NCBI RefSeq assembly: GCF_009914755.1
Contig: NC_060926.1
DNA from: the human T2T-CHM13v2.0 reference genome, Homo sapiens
Strand: one strand, 5' to 3'
DNA: 64,000 nucleotides
Of the stretch, positions 63,901 to 64,000 are shown one piece after another (position 1 is the first letter of the stretch; the number at the start of each line of letters is the position of its first letter). Below the pieces are notes generated by a model. That model ran no database searches, had not been told where the DNA came from, and worked only from the letters and a program-made list of their open reading frames with translations. The translations under genes and the position numbers were made by a program.

Positions 63901-64000
63901 CCTGGGTTGTTTTATTTTTGTTTTTGAGACAGGGTCTTGCTCTGTTGTCCTGGCTGGAGTGCAGTGGTGTGATGACAACGTACTGCAGCCTCAACCTCCC

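Overview
This is primate DNA, almost certainly human (chr2q35), holding two convergent genes. On the + strand are the last five coding exons of VIL1 (villin-1): the end of gelsolin repeat 6, the linker and the headpiece ending ...KKEKGLF*, with the stop at 13446-13448 and the 3'UTR after it. On the - strand are the last 15 coding exons of USP37 (about residues 342-979: Cys box C350, CDK site S628, three UIMs, KEN box, DSGxxD degron, His box H906), followed by a ~4.7 kb 3'UTR. All exons were resolved to GT-AG boundaries and join in frame. The introns carry roughly 70-80 Alu copies or fragments plus older L2, MIR, L1/HAL1, MER and MLT1 elements. Nearly all ORFs in the supplied track are Alu artefacts. 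I found no new protein-coding system. The most interesting signals are RNA-level: (1) head-to-head poly(A) hexamers 3 nt apart, potentially serving both genes; (2) a Pumilio element base-paired with a miR-30 8mer in a small hairpin of the USP37 3'UTR; (3) a (UG)27 tract between a weak USP37 donor and an antisense Alu; (4) a 66-nt in-frame skippable exon carrying the CDK2 activation site. Repeat boundaries are approximate and were read by eye.
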